64,000 nt of DNA. Origin: Candidatus Dojkabacteria bacterium. GTDB lineage: Bacteria > Patescibacteriota > Dojkabacteria > B142 > WJKM01. The stretch is taken from contig WJKM01000016.1 of the NCBI GenBank assembly GCA_014729085.1, positions 36,598 through 100,597 of the forward strand, given 5' to 3'. This document shows, in pieces, positions 19,667 to 29,348 of this stretch (positions are counted from its first letter, which is position 1; each line of letters starts with the position of its first letter). The position numbers and the translations under genes were made by a program. The notes beneath the pieces were generated by a model, which was given only the letters and a program-made list of their open reading frames with translations, did no database searches and was not told where the DNA came from.

Positions 19667-20455
19667 CTATTGTTTATCCTGGTAATTTTTTAATTCGTTT
19701 TTAAGATCCTCATATTTTTTTGCATTATCAATAGCGGTAGCAAGAGTATCTGTAAATATCTCTAAAATCTTATATTCAGCTTGAAAATCATCAATATAAT
19801 TTTTACCAAAATAAATGGCACCTAAACTATTGCCATTCCTAGAAATTATTGGAAAAATTATTCCCGATTTTACAGTAGAGACTTTTTCTAGTAGTTTGGA
19901 GACTCTAGGAGTAACAAAAGGGACTGCTATATCACTTAAATCAGTAGAAAGAAAAGTGCGTTGTTCTAATATTGCACGAATCATATAGTTTTCTTTTGCA
20001 TCTTTTATTGCTACGTTTAATTTATTAAAAGCTGTAGGCATTACTTTCATGGCAAGGGAAGTATACCAAGTTTGAGTAAAAGTTTGTCCCCATACCCTAT
20101 CTTCTTTTTTTATATCTATTAAAGCACCAAGTAAGTTTAATTCATATGCTATTTCGTTTACAGAATCTTGTAACACCTTTTCTAGACGTAAGCTACTCAT
20201 AAAATTTTTTGATACTTCAAGGATTTTTGCTAGTTTTTTTTGATTTAGATTATATAATTGTGCTATTTCTAGAGCATTTAAATCAAGACAATCAATAATT
20301 TTTAGTAATGTTTCCTTTGTAGGATTTACTTTGCCTGTTTCTATTCTACTTATGCTACCTGGAGATGCCTCAATTTCTAGCTCTAGATCCATTTGAGATA
20401 ACTTAGCTCTTTTTCTATATATTTTAATTTTTTCCCCAAGTCTGTAATTTTTCAT
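19667..20455 (-). CDS. XRE-HTH plus GAF-domain regulator (copy 3)
   Basis: LSQMDLE...SPGSISRIETGKVNPT; GIIFPI...LGAIYF...TLATAIDNA. Confidence 0.88.
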   Translation of the reverse strand: MKNYRLGEKIKIYRKRAKLSQMDLELEIEASPGSISRIETGKVNPTKETLLKIIDCLDLNALEIAQLYNLNQKKLAKILEVSKNFMSSLRLEKVLQDSVNEIAYELNLLGALIDIKKEDRVWGQTFTQTWYTSLAMKVMPTAFNKLNVAIKDAKENYMIRAILEQRTFLSTDLSDIAVPFVTPRVSKLLEKVSTVKSGIIFPIISRNGNSLGAIYFGKNYIDDFQAEYKILEIFTDTLATAIDNAKKYEDLKNELKNYQDKQ

Positions 20456-20513
20456 ATTTTAAAATAAGAATTTAACTACTTTTGCTTATAACATAAAGCC
20501 AAAACCTTCTTCA

Positions 20514-20568
20514 TTGTATTAGAATACAAATTTAATAAATTATACTATGAGATTTACAGCTGTTTCAA
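20514..20568 (-). promoter_or_regulatory. promoter with palindromic operator (second copy)
   Basis: Minus strand TTGAAA-N18-TATAAT (20568-20539); TTGTATT-AG-AATACAA at 20514-20529. Confidence 0.7.
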
Positions 20569-20650
20569 TATTGAACTGGTATATAGTTGCCTTGTTTTTG
20601 GGGGGTAGGGAGATGGCTTTTGTCGTAAGCTTATAATATAGGCTGGGTTT

Positions 20651-21745
20651 TTATTCTTCCCTTAGTAATATATATTCTGCTAAAGTGTATAGAAAATTCC
20701 AATTATGAGAAGATTTATATTTACTTTTACTTAAAGAAGTTTTCGCCTTTTGTATATAGTTTTTACACAACTTTATTGAATAATCTAATGAATTAGTTTG
20801 CTTGATTATTGTTCTAACTTTATTAGCTTCAGTTAGAGTTAAATTTTTTCTCCCATAAAGTTCATTTAAAATATTTTTTTGTTTTTTATCGGAATTTTTT
20901 AAAGCATGTAGTATTAGAAGTGTCTTCTTTCCCTCTTCTATATCAGAGTTAATCGGTTTTCCTAATTTTTCTTCATTTCCAAACATTCCAAGGATATCAT
21001 CCCTAATTTGGAAAGCAATTCCAGCATTCTTGGCGTACTCTGTAAGAATAATAAGTTCGTTTTGTTCTGCACCTCCAAGCAAGGCTCCTGTATAAATTGG
21101 GAGTTCAAACGTATAAGTAGCGGTTTTTAACTCGTGAATTTTTATTATATCTTCTTCGGTATATTTAGTTGATTTACTTGTTATCACATCAAAGATTTGT
21201 CCTGCTCCTACATCTGCAAGCTTTTTATATGCATAGTCTATAAATTTAAGTTTTAACTTTGGATCAAAGTTTGTTTCGGTTAAAAGTTGTATGGGAAATA
21301 TACTAATTAAATCACCACCTAGGATTGCTAAATTTCTACCAAAATCGGCTTGATCTTTGAAATTATATTTACTGGCTAATTTTTCATACATTTTATGAAA
21401 GGTAGGGCCCCCTCTTCTTAAATCATCATGATCTGTAATATCGTCATGAATCAGTAACCAGCTCTGTATTAATTCAATAAAAATAGATAATTTATATATA
21501 TCCTCTAGATTCTCAGAATTGAATAAATTATATGAGTTAATCATTAAAGCAGCTCTTATTCTTTTTCCTCCTCTTAAAGTATATTCTTCTAACATATTTA
21601 CCATAGTCCTTATTGGTTTTGGGTATTCTAAGAATAAATAGTTATTTTTATTAAAGAAGTTTTTTATTTCTTTATTAATTATAGATTGGAAATCTTTAAG
21701 TAGCTTGTTATTTTTCATTAATAGGTTTAAAAAAATTAACTTCAA
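20651..21745 (-). CDS. trans-polyprenyl diphosphate synthase, short-chain type (start may be the internal MKNNK)
   Basis: GGKRIR, FARM LIHDDITDHDDLRRG, KTATY, SARM FQIRDDIL, SDIEEGKKT. Confidence 0.93.
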   Translation of the reverse strand: MKLIFLNLLMKNNKLLKDFQSIINKEIKNFFNKNNYLFLEYPKPIRTMVNMLEEYTLRGGKRIRAALMINSYNLFNSENLEDIYKLSIFIELIQSWLLIHDDITDHDDLRRGGPTFHKMYEKLASKYNFKDQADFGRNLAILGGDLISIFPIQLLTETNFDPKLKLKFIDYAYKKLADVGAGQIFDVITSKSTKYTEEDIIKIHELKTATYTFELPIYTGALLGGAEQNELIILTEYAKNAGIAFQIRDDILGMFGNEEKLGKPINSDIEEGKKTLLILHALKNSDKKQKNILNELYGRKNLTLTEANKVRTIIKQTNSLDYSIKLCKNYIQKAKTSLSKSKYKSSHNWNFLYTLAEYILLREE

Positions 21746-21799
21746 GAATATTAATTGATATACTGGATAATAATTATATTATATTTATAAAAAGATAAA

Positions 21800-22693
21800 A
21801 TGAAATCTCAAGAAGCAACTTCACAAGTAGTATCATTTTATAGGCAAAGTATTTCGCAGAATCTGAAAATCATAAAAAAGATATTAAAGACATTTGAGAT
21901 TGATGATGAACCAATAACAACAACAAGTCAAGATATTTTAACAGATTCTTCAAAACTTATCTCATCAAAGTGGCTAGAAGAAAGAAAATATTTAAGAAGT
22001 AACTTTATTCTTGAAGGATTTGGAGAATTGTATCCAACTTCAATTCTTCAGCTTTCAGTTAACATTGATGCAATGATTAATATATTAGACGACTTACTTG
22101 ATGAGAATATCAATAATGAGATCAAAACATTATATATTTTTGAATTCTTAAGAATTTTTTCTATCTACTCATATAAATCTAAGAAGATTGAAATAAATGA
22201 TTTAATGGGAAATTATATTAATAAATTGATTACTTTAGCAGTTTCAGAATCATATTATCTAAAACAAATAAAAAATAACCTAGATTTAGAATATGTTATG
22301 CAAGCATCAATTAAAACTCTGACTTTAAGATCTTTAGACATAGATGTTTTTGTAGAGTTGGTAATGCAAACTTTAGGTATATATGATAAAAATGAATTCA
22401 ATATAATTCGCATGAGTTCAAGATTATTTAGAGCGGTAAATATTTTAAAAAAAGACATTGATGATATAGATTATGATATTAAGAATGAGCAGGAAACTTT
22501 GGTGACTTATATAAAACTAACTTCAAAATTTAATTATTGTGATTATGTAACTAATTTGTGTGAATATTATATAAAACAGATGGATAACCTATCTGAGAAA
22601 TATAATTCTAAAAATAAGAGAGTAATACTTCCAATTAAAAATTTTCAACATATGTTAAATAAAGATATTAAAATTATCAAGAATAGTATTTAA
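21800..22693 (+). CDS. class I terpenoid-synthase-fold protein (terpene synthase/prenyltransferase-like)
   Basis: DDxxD (ILDDLLDE) and second Asp-rich motif NILKKDIDDIDYD; helical-looking ~300 aa; divergent from the prenyl synthase. Confidence 0.65.
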   Translation: MKSQEATSQVVSFYRQSISQNLKIIKKILKTFEIDDEPITTTSQDILTDSSKLISSKWLEERKYLRSNFILEGFGELYPTSILQLSVNIDAMINILDDLLDENINNEIKTLYIFEFLRIFSIYSYKSKKIEINDLMGNYINKLITLAVSESYYLKQIKNNLDLEYVMQASIKTLTLRSLDIDVFVELVMQTLGIYDKNEFNIIRMSSRLFRAVNILKKDIDDIDYDIKNEQETLVTYIKLTSKFNYCDYVTNLCEYYIKQMDNLSEKYNSKNKRVILPIKNFQHMLNKDIKIIKNSI

Positions 22694-22720
22694 AATTTAT
22701 TATATTTATATGAATTATTT

Positions 22721-25039
22721 ATGATTACTAGTTATGCATTAATAAGTAAAATTCTGGTATTTTTTATTAATGTTCTGGGTATTAGTTTAACAATCACAGT
22801 TGTTGCAAGTAGAGCAAAAAAACGCCTAAAAACAATCTTCAGTATTATGACTTTTTTAATGTTTATTTGGGTTGATTTTGCTTTTCAGGCTCGTTTAGCC
22901 GAACAATCAGAATTAGCTTTAGACTTTATACGAATTGCATGGTCAATTACCCCTTTTTTATTTATTCTGATCTATACATTTATAATTCTATTTTTAGAAC
23001 AAGAAAGAAAACATAGAATTTTAACATCTATACTTTACTTTATTGGTTTCATTTTTTTAGTTATAACTTTATTTACAGATTTTATTATTAGCGATATTTT
23101 ATTTGAAGATGGGATATTAAATATCGTTTACGGGGATTTGGTTTGGTTTTTCTTTGGTATAGTTGCCGTTCTTACAGTAATAAATTTTTATTTACTCTTT
23201 AAAGAATATAATAAAGATAAACTCAGTATTGAAAAAAAGAAAAATATTCAGTATCTCTTATGGGGTTTAACATTTTTCTTTGCTATGAATGCTATTTTTA
23301 ATATAGCATTACCGGTTTTTTTTAGAATAGTTCATTTATATGAATTTGGAGATTATTCAACCATAATATTTCTTTCAATTATTGCATTTATTATTGTCCA
23401 GAGAAATTTACTTGGAATTAAAGTGATGGGTTCAGCATTTATAGTAAGTTTTTTAGGAAGTTTTCTATTGCTTGATACATTACTTTATAGTTCATCCCTA
23501 GACCAAAGATTAAGTAAATTATTAATATTATTAATTTATGTTCCTTTTGCTTATTTCCTTATACAAAGTGTTTTGAATGAAATTAGACAACGTGAATTAT
23601 TAGCAAAAAGCAACCGAGAATTATCTGCTAGAAACCACGAACTTGATACCTTATTTAGAATTACAAATGAAATTGTGACTACCCTGGATGCAAAGGTAGT
23701 TGCACAGAGAGCATCTAATTTGGTTGCAGAGGAAATGGGATATATTGGTGCTGCAATTATTAGTAAAAATAAGACTACAACTAGAAATGAATTTTTATCG
23801 TTAACCGAACATAATGTAAGAGATAAGATATTCAATTTCATGATGGAAGAGGAGTATCAATGTAGTACTGATCATAGAAGTAAATATAAGGATATACCAA
23901 TTAATGAGAATAATTTTGTTATAAGTGAGAGTTTAGATGAAGCACTACCAATTCTAATGCCGGATGAGGATCAAGCAAAAGAGATCCAAAAATTATTGGG
24001 AATAAGACTTATTATAAATGCACCAATTAAAGTACAAAATGAAATAATTGGTCTGGTTTCATTTTTTCTGGCTAAGGAAAGTGAGGAAGAGATTACAAGC
24101 AGGGAATTCGATATGATGCAGACCTTTGCATTCCAGGTAGGCATTGGATTGGAAAATGCTAGATTGTTTAAGGAGTTAGAAGAACTTTCAAAAACGCTTG
24201 CAGAAAAGAATTTACAGTTAGAGGAATATGCCAAGAAAGAGAAAGATATTCTAGACATTATGGGCCATGAGCTTAGAACACCAATTACAATAGTCAGGAA
24301 TTCACTGGCTTTCTTAAAGACACTTGCGAAGAGGGGAGAGGTAAAACCTGGAAAATTAAATCATTATATCGATGTAGCCTTAAGATCGGCTAGAAGAGAA
24401 ATCAATATTATCGAAACAATGTTGTCCGCAACCAAGGTAGAAGGAGGTAAAATAGAAATATTTAGAACAAAGGTTGATTCCAAAGATGTAATAGATGAGG
24501 CTGTGATTGGACAACGAGAAAATATTAAGGCAAAAGATTTGGAACTTAATCTCGAGATTCCCGAAAACATTCCACCTATTTATGCAGATAGATCTAGAGT
24601 ACAGGAGATAATTGATAACTTTTTAAGCAATGCAGTTAAATATACCAAAGAGGGAAGTGTTACCATTAAAGCTGAAGAAAAAGGATCCTCGGTACAGTTT
24701 AGTATAATTGATACCGGATATGGAATGACAGACGAACAGATTGAGAGACTGGGTACAAAATTCTATAGAGTTAAACAACATGTAAACGATGACAAACAGA
24801 GACTTTATAATGTCGTAAGGCCTGGAGGGACTGGACTTGGATTATATGTTACCTTTAATTTGGTTAAATTGCATGGTGGTAAAGTTGAAGTAGAGAGTGA
24901 AGAAGGGAAGGGCTCTACTTTCAAGTTCACTATTCCTAAATATATTGGCCAGGAGTCTGAAGTTGATGATGCAAAATCTAAGGATCTACTTCAAGAATAT
25001 AGAAAGAAAAGAAAGGGAGATCAGGTTTCTGATCAGTAG
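22721..25039 (+). CDS. sensor histidine kinase: multi-TM N-terminus, GAF, HisKA, HATPase
   Basis: About 9 hydrophobic helices; H-box GHELRTP; NFLSNAVKYT; DTGYG; GGTGLGL. Confidence 0.95.
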   Translation: MITSYALISKILVFFINVLGISLTITVVASRAKKRLKTIFSIMTFLMFIWVDFAFQARLAEQSELALDFIRIAWSITPFLFILIYTFIILFLEQERKHRILTSILYFIGFIFLVITLFTDFIISDILFEDGILNIVYGDLVWFFFGIVAVLTVINFYLLFKEYNKDKLSIEKKKNIQYLLWGLTFFFAMNAIFNIALPVFFRIVHLYEFGDYSTIIFLSIIAFIIVQRNLLGIKVMGSAFIVSFLGSFLLLDTLLYSSSLDQRLSKLLILLIYVPFAYFLIQSVLNEIRQRELLAKSNRELSARNHELDTLFRITNEIVTTLDAKVVAQRASNLVAEEMGYIGAAIISKNKTTTRNEFLSLTEHNVRDKIFNFMMEEEYQCSTDHRSKYKDIPINENNFVISESLDEALPILMPDEDQAKEIQKLLGIRLIINAPIKVQNEIIGLVSFFLAKESEEEITSREFDMMQTFAFQVGIGLENARLFKELEELSKTLAEKNLQLEEYAKKEKDILDIMGHELRTPITIVRNSLAFLKTLAKRGEVKPGKLNHYIDVALRSARREINIIETMLSATKVEGGKIEIFRTKVDSKDVIDEAVIGQRENIKAKDLELNLEIPENIPPIYADRSRVQEIIDNFLSNAVKYTKEGSVTIKAEEKGSSVQFSIIDTGYGMTDEQIERLGTKFYRVKQHVNDDKQRLYNVVRPGGTGLGLYVTFNLVKLHGGKVEVESEEGKGSTFKFTIPKYIGQESEVDDAKSKDLLQEYRKKRKGDQVSDQ

Positions 25040-26451
25040 TTTTTGCCCCATTCGATCACTTCCTGTACTTTTGGGATAAGGTCGGTTGCAGAGAAATTAT
25101 AACCAATTTGTTTTCTAAGATTGTCTCCTGCTTTTCCATTGATAAAGCTTGCAGCTCTCATGGATATCCAAATATCGTTTTTAGTGATAAGCCCACCTAA
25201 GATGCCTGCTAATACATCCCCGGTACCACCTTTTGCCATGCCTTGGTTACCTGTTTTATTTAAAGCAATAGTGCCTTCTTTATGGAAAAGAACATCCGTA
25301 TGCCCTTTGAGAATAATAAAACATTCATTTTCAACTGCAAATCTTTTTACTCTTCCTTCCAGTATTTTGGGAGTATTATATTTTCTGAGATACTTGTTGT
25401 CTCCAAACATATGTCGCAGCTCTCCTCGATGGGGAGTGAGTATTTTATTCTTAAGAAGTTGTTTTTCTGAGGCAACTGAAATTGCATATGCATCTAAAAT
25501 AGTGGGTTTGTCTGGATACTTCCTAAGAAGGGAGGAAATAATAGCTTTTGTTGGTAGATTACCTTCAAGTCCGGGTCCAAATAAAAAGGCATCTGCATAA
25601 TTAGCATATTTTTCCAGATCATTATCATTTATCAAGATAAATTCATCTAATTCTGTTTTCACTTTGTTTGCAACTTCTCGATTTTCTGGATTCGTATAGA
25701 AAAAAACAGAACCTACAAGTTTGGAGGCTGCCTTCATTGCCATAAGCGGGGCTCCATGGAATTGGTGGGATCCTCCGTAAATCAAAAGCTCTCCATTTTG
25801 AGATTTGTAGGAGTTTTCTTTTGGTACTTCCAAAATTTTAATATCTCCCGGTCCTGTATAAGTCTCTGCTTCTTTGGGGATTTTAATATTAACTACTTTT
25901 GCTTTGTCTACTTTGGGATACATTAAAGATATCGCAAATTTTGGATTATATCCCGGAACAGGAACATCAACAGCTACTATATCAGTTTTTTGTTTAGTGA
26001 GTCTTACTATAACATCATGGAATCTTTTGTGGAGTTTGCCTTTAATTCCGGTACCTACCAGACACTCAACTGAGATATCTGCCTGTACAATATCTTTAGA
26101 GTAAGCATCACTTTTAAGTTTAATTACTTCATTTTCTACATATTTACTATTTGATAATTTTTTCCAGTGTTTTAACGCAGCTTTTGATTTGATTTTATTC
26201 ACTCTACCAATAAGGTAAACTCTGATTTTCTCTACATCAAGTTCAGCGAGATTACGAGCTGCTGCAAAGCCGTCTCCACCATTATTACCAAGTCCGCATA
26301 CAAAATTATAGCTTTTTGTCTTTCCATATTTTTTGCAAAGTTCCTTGGCAATACCTTTGCCGGCTTTTTCAATTAACTCTTCAATGGGAATTCCTAGATA
26401 TCTAGCATTTGTATCTAGAATTTTTGTTCTTTTAAAAGGATCCTGAATCAT
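25033..26451 (-). CDS. nnr: bifunctional NAD(P)H-hydrate epimerase/dehydratase
   Basis: CGLGNNGGDG, GPGL, LTPHRGE, GGTGDVLAG. Confidence 0.92.
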   Translation of the reverse strand: MIQDPFKRTKILDTNARYLGIPIEELIEKAGKGIAKELCKKYGKTKSYNFVCGLGNNGGDGFAAARNLAELDVEKIRVYLIGRVNKIKSKAALKHWKKLSNSKYVENEVIKLKSDAYSKDIVQADISVECLVGTGIKGKLHKRFHDVIVRLTKQKTDIVAVDVPVPGYNPKFAISLMYPKVDKAKVVNIKIPKEAETYTGPGDIKILEVPKENSYKSQNGELLIYGGSHQFHGAPLMAMKAASKLVGSVFFYTNPENREVANKVKTELDEFILINDNDLEKYANYADAFLFGPGLEGNLPTKAIISSLLRKYPDKPTILDAYAISVASEKQLLKNKILTPHRGELRHMFGDNKYLRKYNTPKILEGRVKRFAVENECFIILKGHTDVLFHKEGTIALNKTGNQGMAKGGTGDVLAGILGGLITKNDIWISMRAASFINGKAGDNLRKQIGYNFSATDLIPKVQEVIEWGKNY

Positions 26452-26541
26452 ATTATAAATTCTAACTTAAATTATTAGATTTAATATTTTAAGTAGAGAG
26501 TGTATCTCGAGTTTTAATTAAATTTAACAAAATGTAATAAA

Positions 26542-27486
26542 CTATTTTAAATATACTTTGGTACCAAGAAAAGGATCCCTGGAACTGAACTCTCCTTGTT
26601 CTTGAGCATTTTCATCTAAAATTCTTTGATATTGTCTCGTCTTTGAAGAGAGATTATCTACCTGAGAAACGATTATGGCTTCAATAATCATTGGTTTAAC
26701 CGGACTTCCAAATTCCTGTTCACCATGGTGTGAAAGGATTATATGCTTTAATTTTATTTTTAGAAATTCCGGAAAATCTGTATCTAAGTATTTCAGTACT
26801 AATTCGTAACCTAGTATTAGATGTCCAATCAAATTGCCTTCAATTGTACGTAAGTAAGAGATGGTATTGTCTTCTAGTTCTATGATTTTTCCAATGTCGT
26901 GCAATATTATTCCAGCTTTTACTAATGATTTGTCTGCTTCGGGATAAAAGTTGCATATAGGTTCTGCCATATCAAGCATTTCTAATACATGTTCTAATAG
27001 ACCATGTTTGTATGCATGGTGTATGCGTTCGGCAGCAGGGAAATTTTTAAATTTCGTTTTGATTTTTTCATCCTCAAATATTTTTTTTATTAAACTTTTG
27101 ATATTTTTATCTCTTATACTTGCAACGTGATCTATAAACTCCTCCCACATTTTTTTAGGATTTCTCTTCGATGCAGATATGAAATCAGATTCTTTATAAT
27201 TTTCAGCTGGCTTGGTTGATAAGATCTTAATTTGTTTTGCACCTTTATATTCCTCAACCTTACCCCAGATATTTACTATATTACCCTCTTTTAATTCAGT
27301 TTCGTTACAATTTGGAATACTGTCTTCCCAGATCATAGCTGTAATACGGCCTGTTTTATCGCCTATTTCCAATTTATAGTATTCAGAGCCACTTTTTGTA
27401 ATATTTTTTTTGGAGTCAAAAATCAAAAATGGCTCATCTGAAATCATTTGATTATTTGTTAGATCAATTGTGAATAACTTACTCAT
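26542..27486 (-). CDS. yhaM: OB-fold plus HD-domain 3'-5' exoribonuclease, YhaM family
   Basis: PAAERIHHAY..GLLEH, LHDIGK, LSHHG..EFGSP. Confidence 0.88.
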   Translation of the reverse strand: MSKLFTIDLTNNQMISDEPFLIFDSKKNITKSGSEYYKLEIGDKTGRITAMIWEDSIPNCNETELKEGNIVNIWGKVEEYKGAKQIKILSTKPAENYKESDFISASKRNPKKMWEEFIDHVASIRDKNIKSLIKKIFEDEKIKTKFKNFPAAERIHHAYKHGLLEHVLEMLDMAEPICNFYPEADKSLVKAGIILHDIGKIIELEDNTISYLRTIEGNLIGHLILGYELVLKYLDTDFPEFLKIKLKHIILSHHGEQEFGSPVKPMIIEAIIVSQVDNLSSKTRQYQRILDENAQEQGEFSSRDPFLGTKVYLK

Positions 27487-27630
27487 GTAATAATTCTATA
27501 TAAAATTAACTCTGAATATATATTATTACATTCTATGAAATTAATTTAAATAATAAAATATTAGTTCCATAGTAAAGATTTATATGTCTATGATATAATA
27601 AAGATATATCCTATATCATTAATATATATT

Positions 27631-29301
27631 ATGGAGTTATATAACAATTTTCCAATTGGGAATGATAATCATGATTTCGAAATTCCAGAAATTGAAGAAC
27701 CTCAAGATGATTATCAGATATTTTTACCATTAACAATGCAAAATCATTTTGTACCTGACATTCCTTATCCCGAAGATATTGAAAGAGATGTTATCCAAAT
27801 TGGAGTAGATGAAGATGGAGATAATGTTTTTGACCCTGTAGATATAGATGGAGACGGAGACTCTGATTTAGTATTCGATAGAGACGGAATCAATACTGTA
27901 TCAGAGATTCATAAAGTCTTAAGCGAAATTGACGATTTAGGAACAGATGAGTTTTTATATGAGATTCATTTACAATCAGGAGTATATGATTTAACTCAAA
28001 ATTCGGGTGAATTTGTAGAAACAGTTGATGTACAAAGCAAATATGACCCTGATTAATATGTTCAGGCAGAGGTAGCATTAAATCTTCCAGAGAATAAACA
28101 TATTAGTTTGGTTGGAGATAATGCATATGAACAAGGTACAGGATCATTAATATTTCCAACTACCGAATTTATTGTTGATGCAAACATTGCAGACATCGGA
28201 GTATATTCCCAAGGGGGAGATTTGAGGTTGTCTGATATTGTATTAAATTTATCAGGTTCTCCTTATGATAGAACTTTACTCATTCCAGAAGAAGAACATC
28301 TGAACTCTGCTATCTATTCGGTAGGAAGTGAGGATTATGATACGATCTTTAAAGCAGATGACATATTTATAGAAAATAATTATTTGGAGGAAAACCCTGA
28401 TGTTGTCACTGATCAAGTTTATAATGGTATAGTTACAGTTGATCACGATAATGTGTGGTTAAGTAATTCTGAAATTAAAGGAGATATGTGGGATGGTGTA
28501 TTTGCAATTCAGTCAGATAGAGTCTTGCTTGAAGATACAGACATCTTAAGATCGGATGAATCAGCTATGCTTATGGGTTGCGCAGTCGCAACTTCCAAAT
28601 ATGATAAATACCTTGAACAGGAAGGTTGGCCTACAGACTTATCAGTAATAGATTCAGAAATAGCAAATTATCAAAAGGGTATTGGTGCTTTTTCAGATGG
28701 AGAAGGGCAGAAGATGACTTTGCATAATGTGGACATTGATGTCTATGATGAAGTCCCGATGCTTTGGGTCTTTTTTAATTGGGGGTGGAGCGATACGGAA
28801 GAAACGGTGGTGTCTAATGTAAATATTAAACAAGAAGAAGAAAGCGAAATTACTCAGGGTACTTGGATTTTTGGATGGGGTGGAGATATTGCATTATTAA
28901 ATTCTGATGTGACTTATGTGACAGATGAAAATATCGAGGTGCCTAAAGCATTAAAAGCATTAATTGCTGAAGATTTAGCAGAAGAGTTGAGAATATCTAA
29001 ACGAGCCAGTGGATCTAGTCAAGTATACAAGGAATTCCTAGAGCAGTCCGAAAATACAGAGGCAGAAGAAGGTTTCCCCAATTATAATTTTATAACTTTT
29101 CACATTCCAGAAGAAAATCAAGACTCTCCATTTAATAGATTGGTGATTAACGTTCGAAATATTGATGATATCACTGCAGAAAAATTTGGAAATTTAAGAA
29201 ATCCAGAGAATCCTGATGAAGCTTTAAAAGGGGTAACATTTGTTAACTTGATAACTGGGAAACAAATCGAAAATCCTTTTCAAAATGTAGAAGAAGAATA
29301 A
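27631..29301 (+). pseudogene. acidic beta-helix-like protein interrupted by one in-frame TAA (28054-28056)
   Basis: ORFs 27631-28056 and 28108-29301 share a frame; the gap reads YVQAEVALNLPENKHIS without further stops. Confidence 0.7.
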
Positions 29302-29303
29302 AT

Positions 29304-29340
29304 AAAAAAGGAGCAACCTACATTTAGTAAACTGCTCCTT
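29304..29340 (-). terminator. intrinsic terminator of eno
   Basis: AAGGAGCA...TGCTCCTT stem with A-tract (U-tract on minus strand) between convergent genes. Confidence 0.7.
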
Positions 29341-29348
29341 AAATCCAG

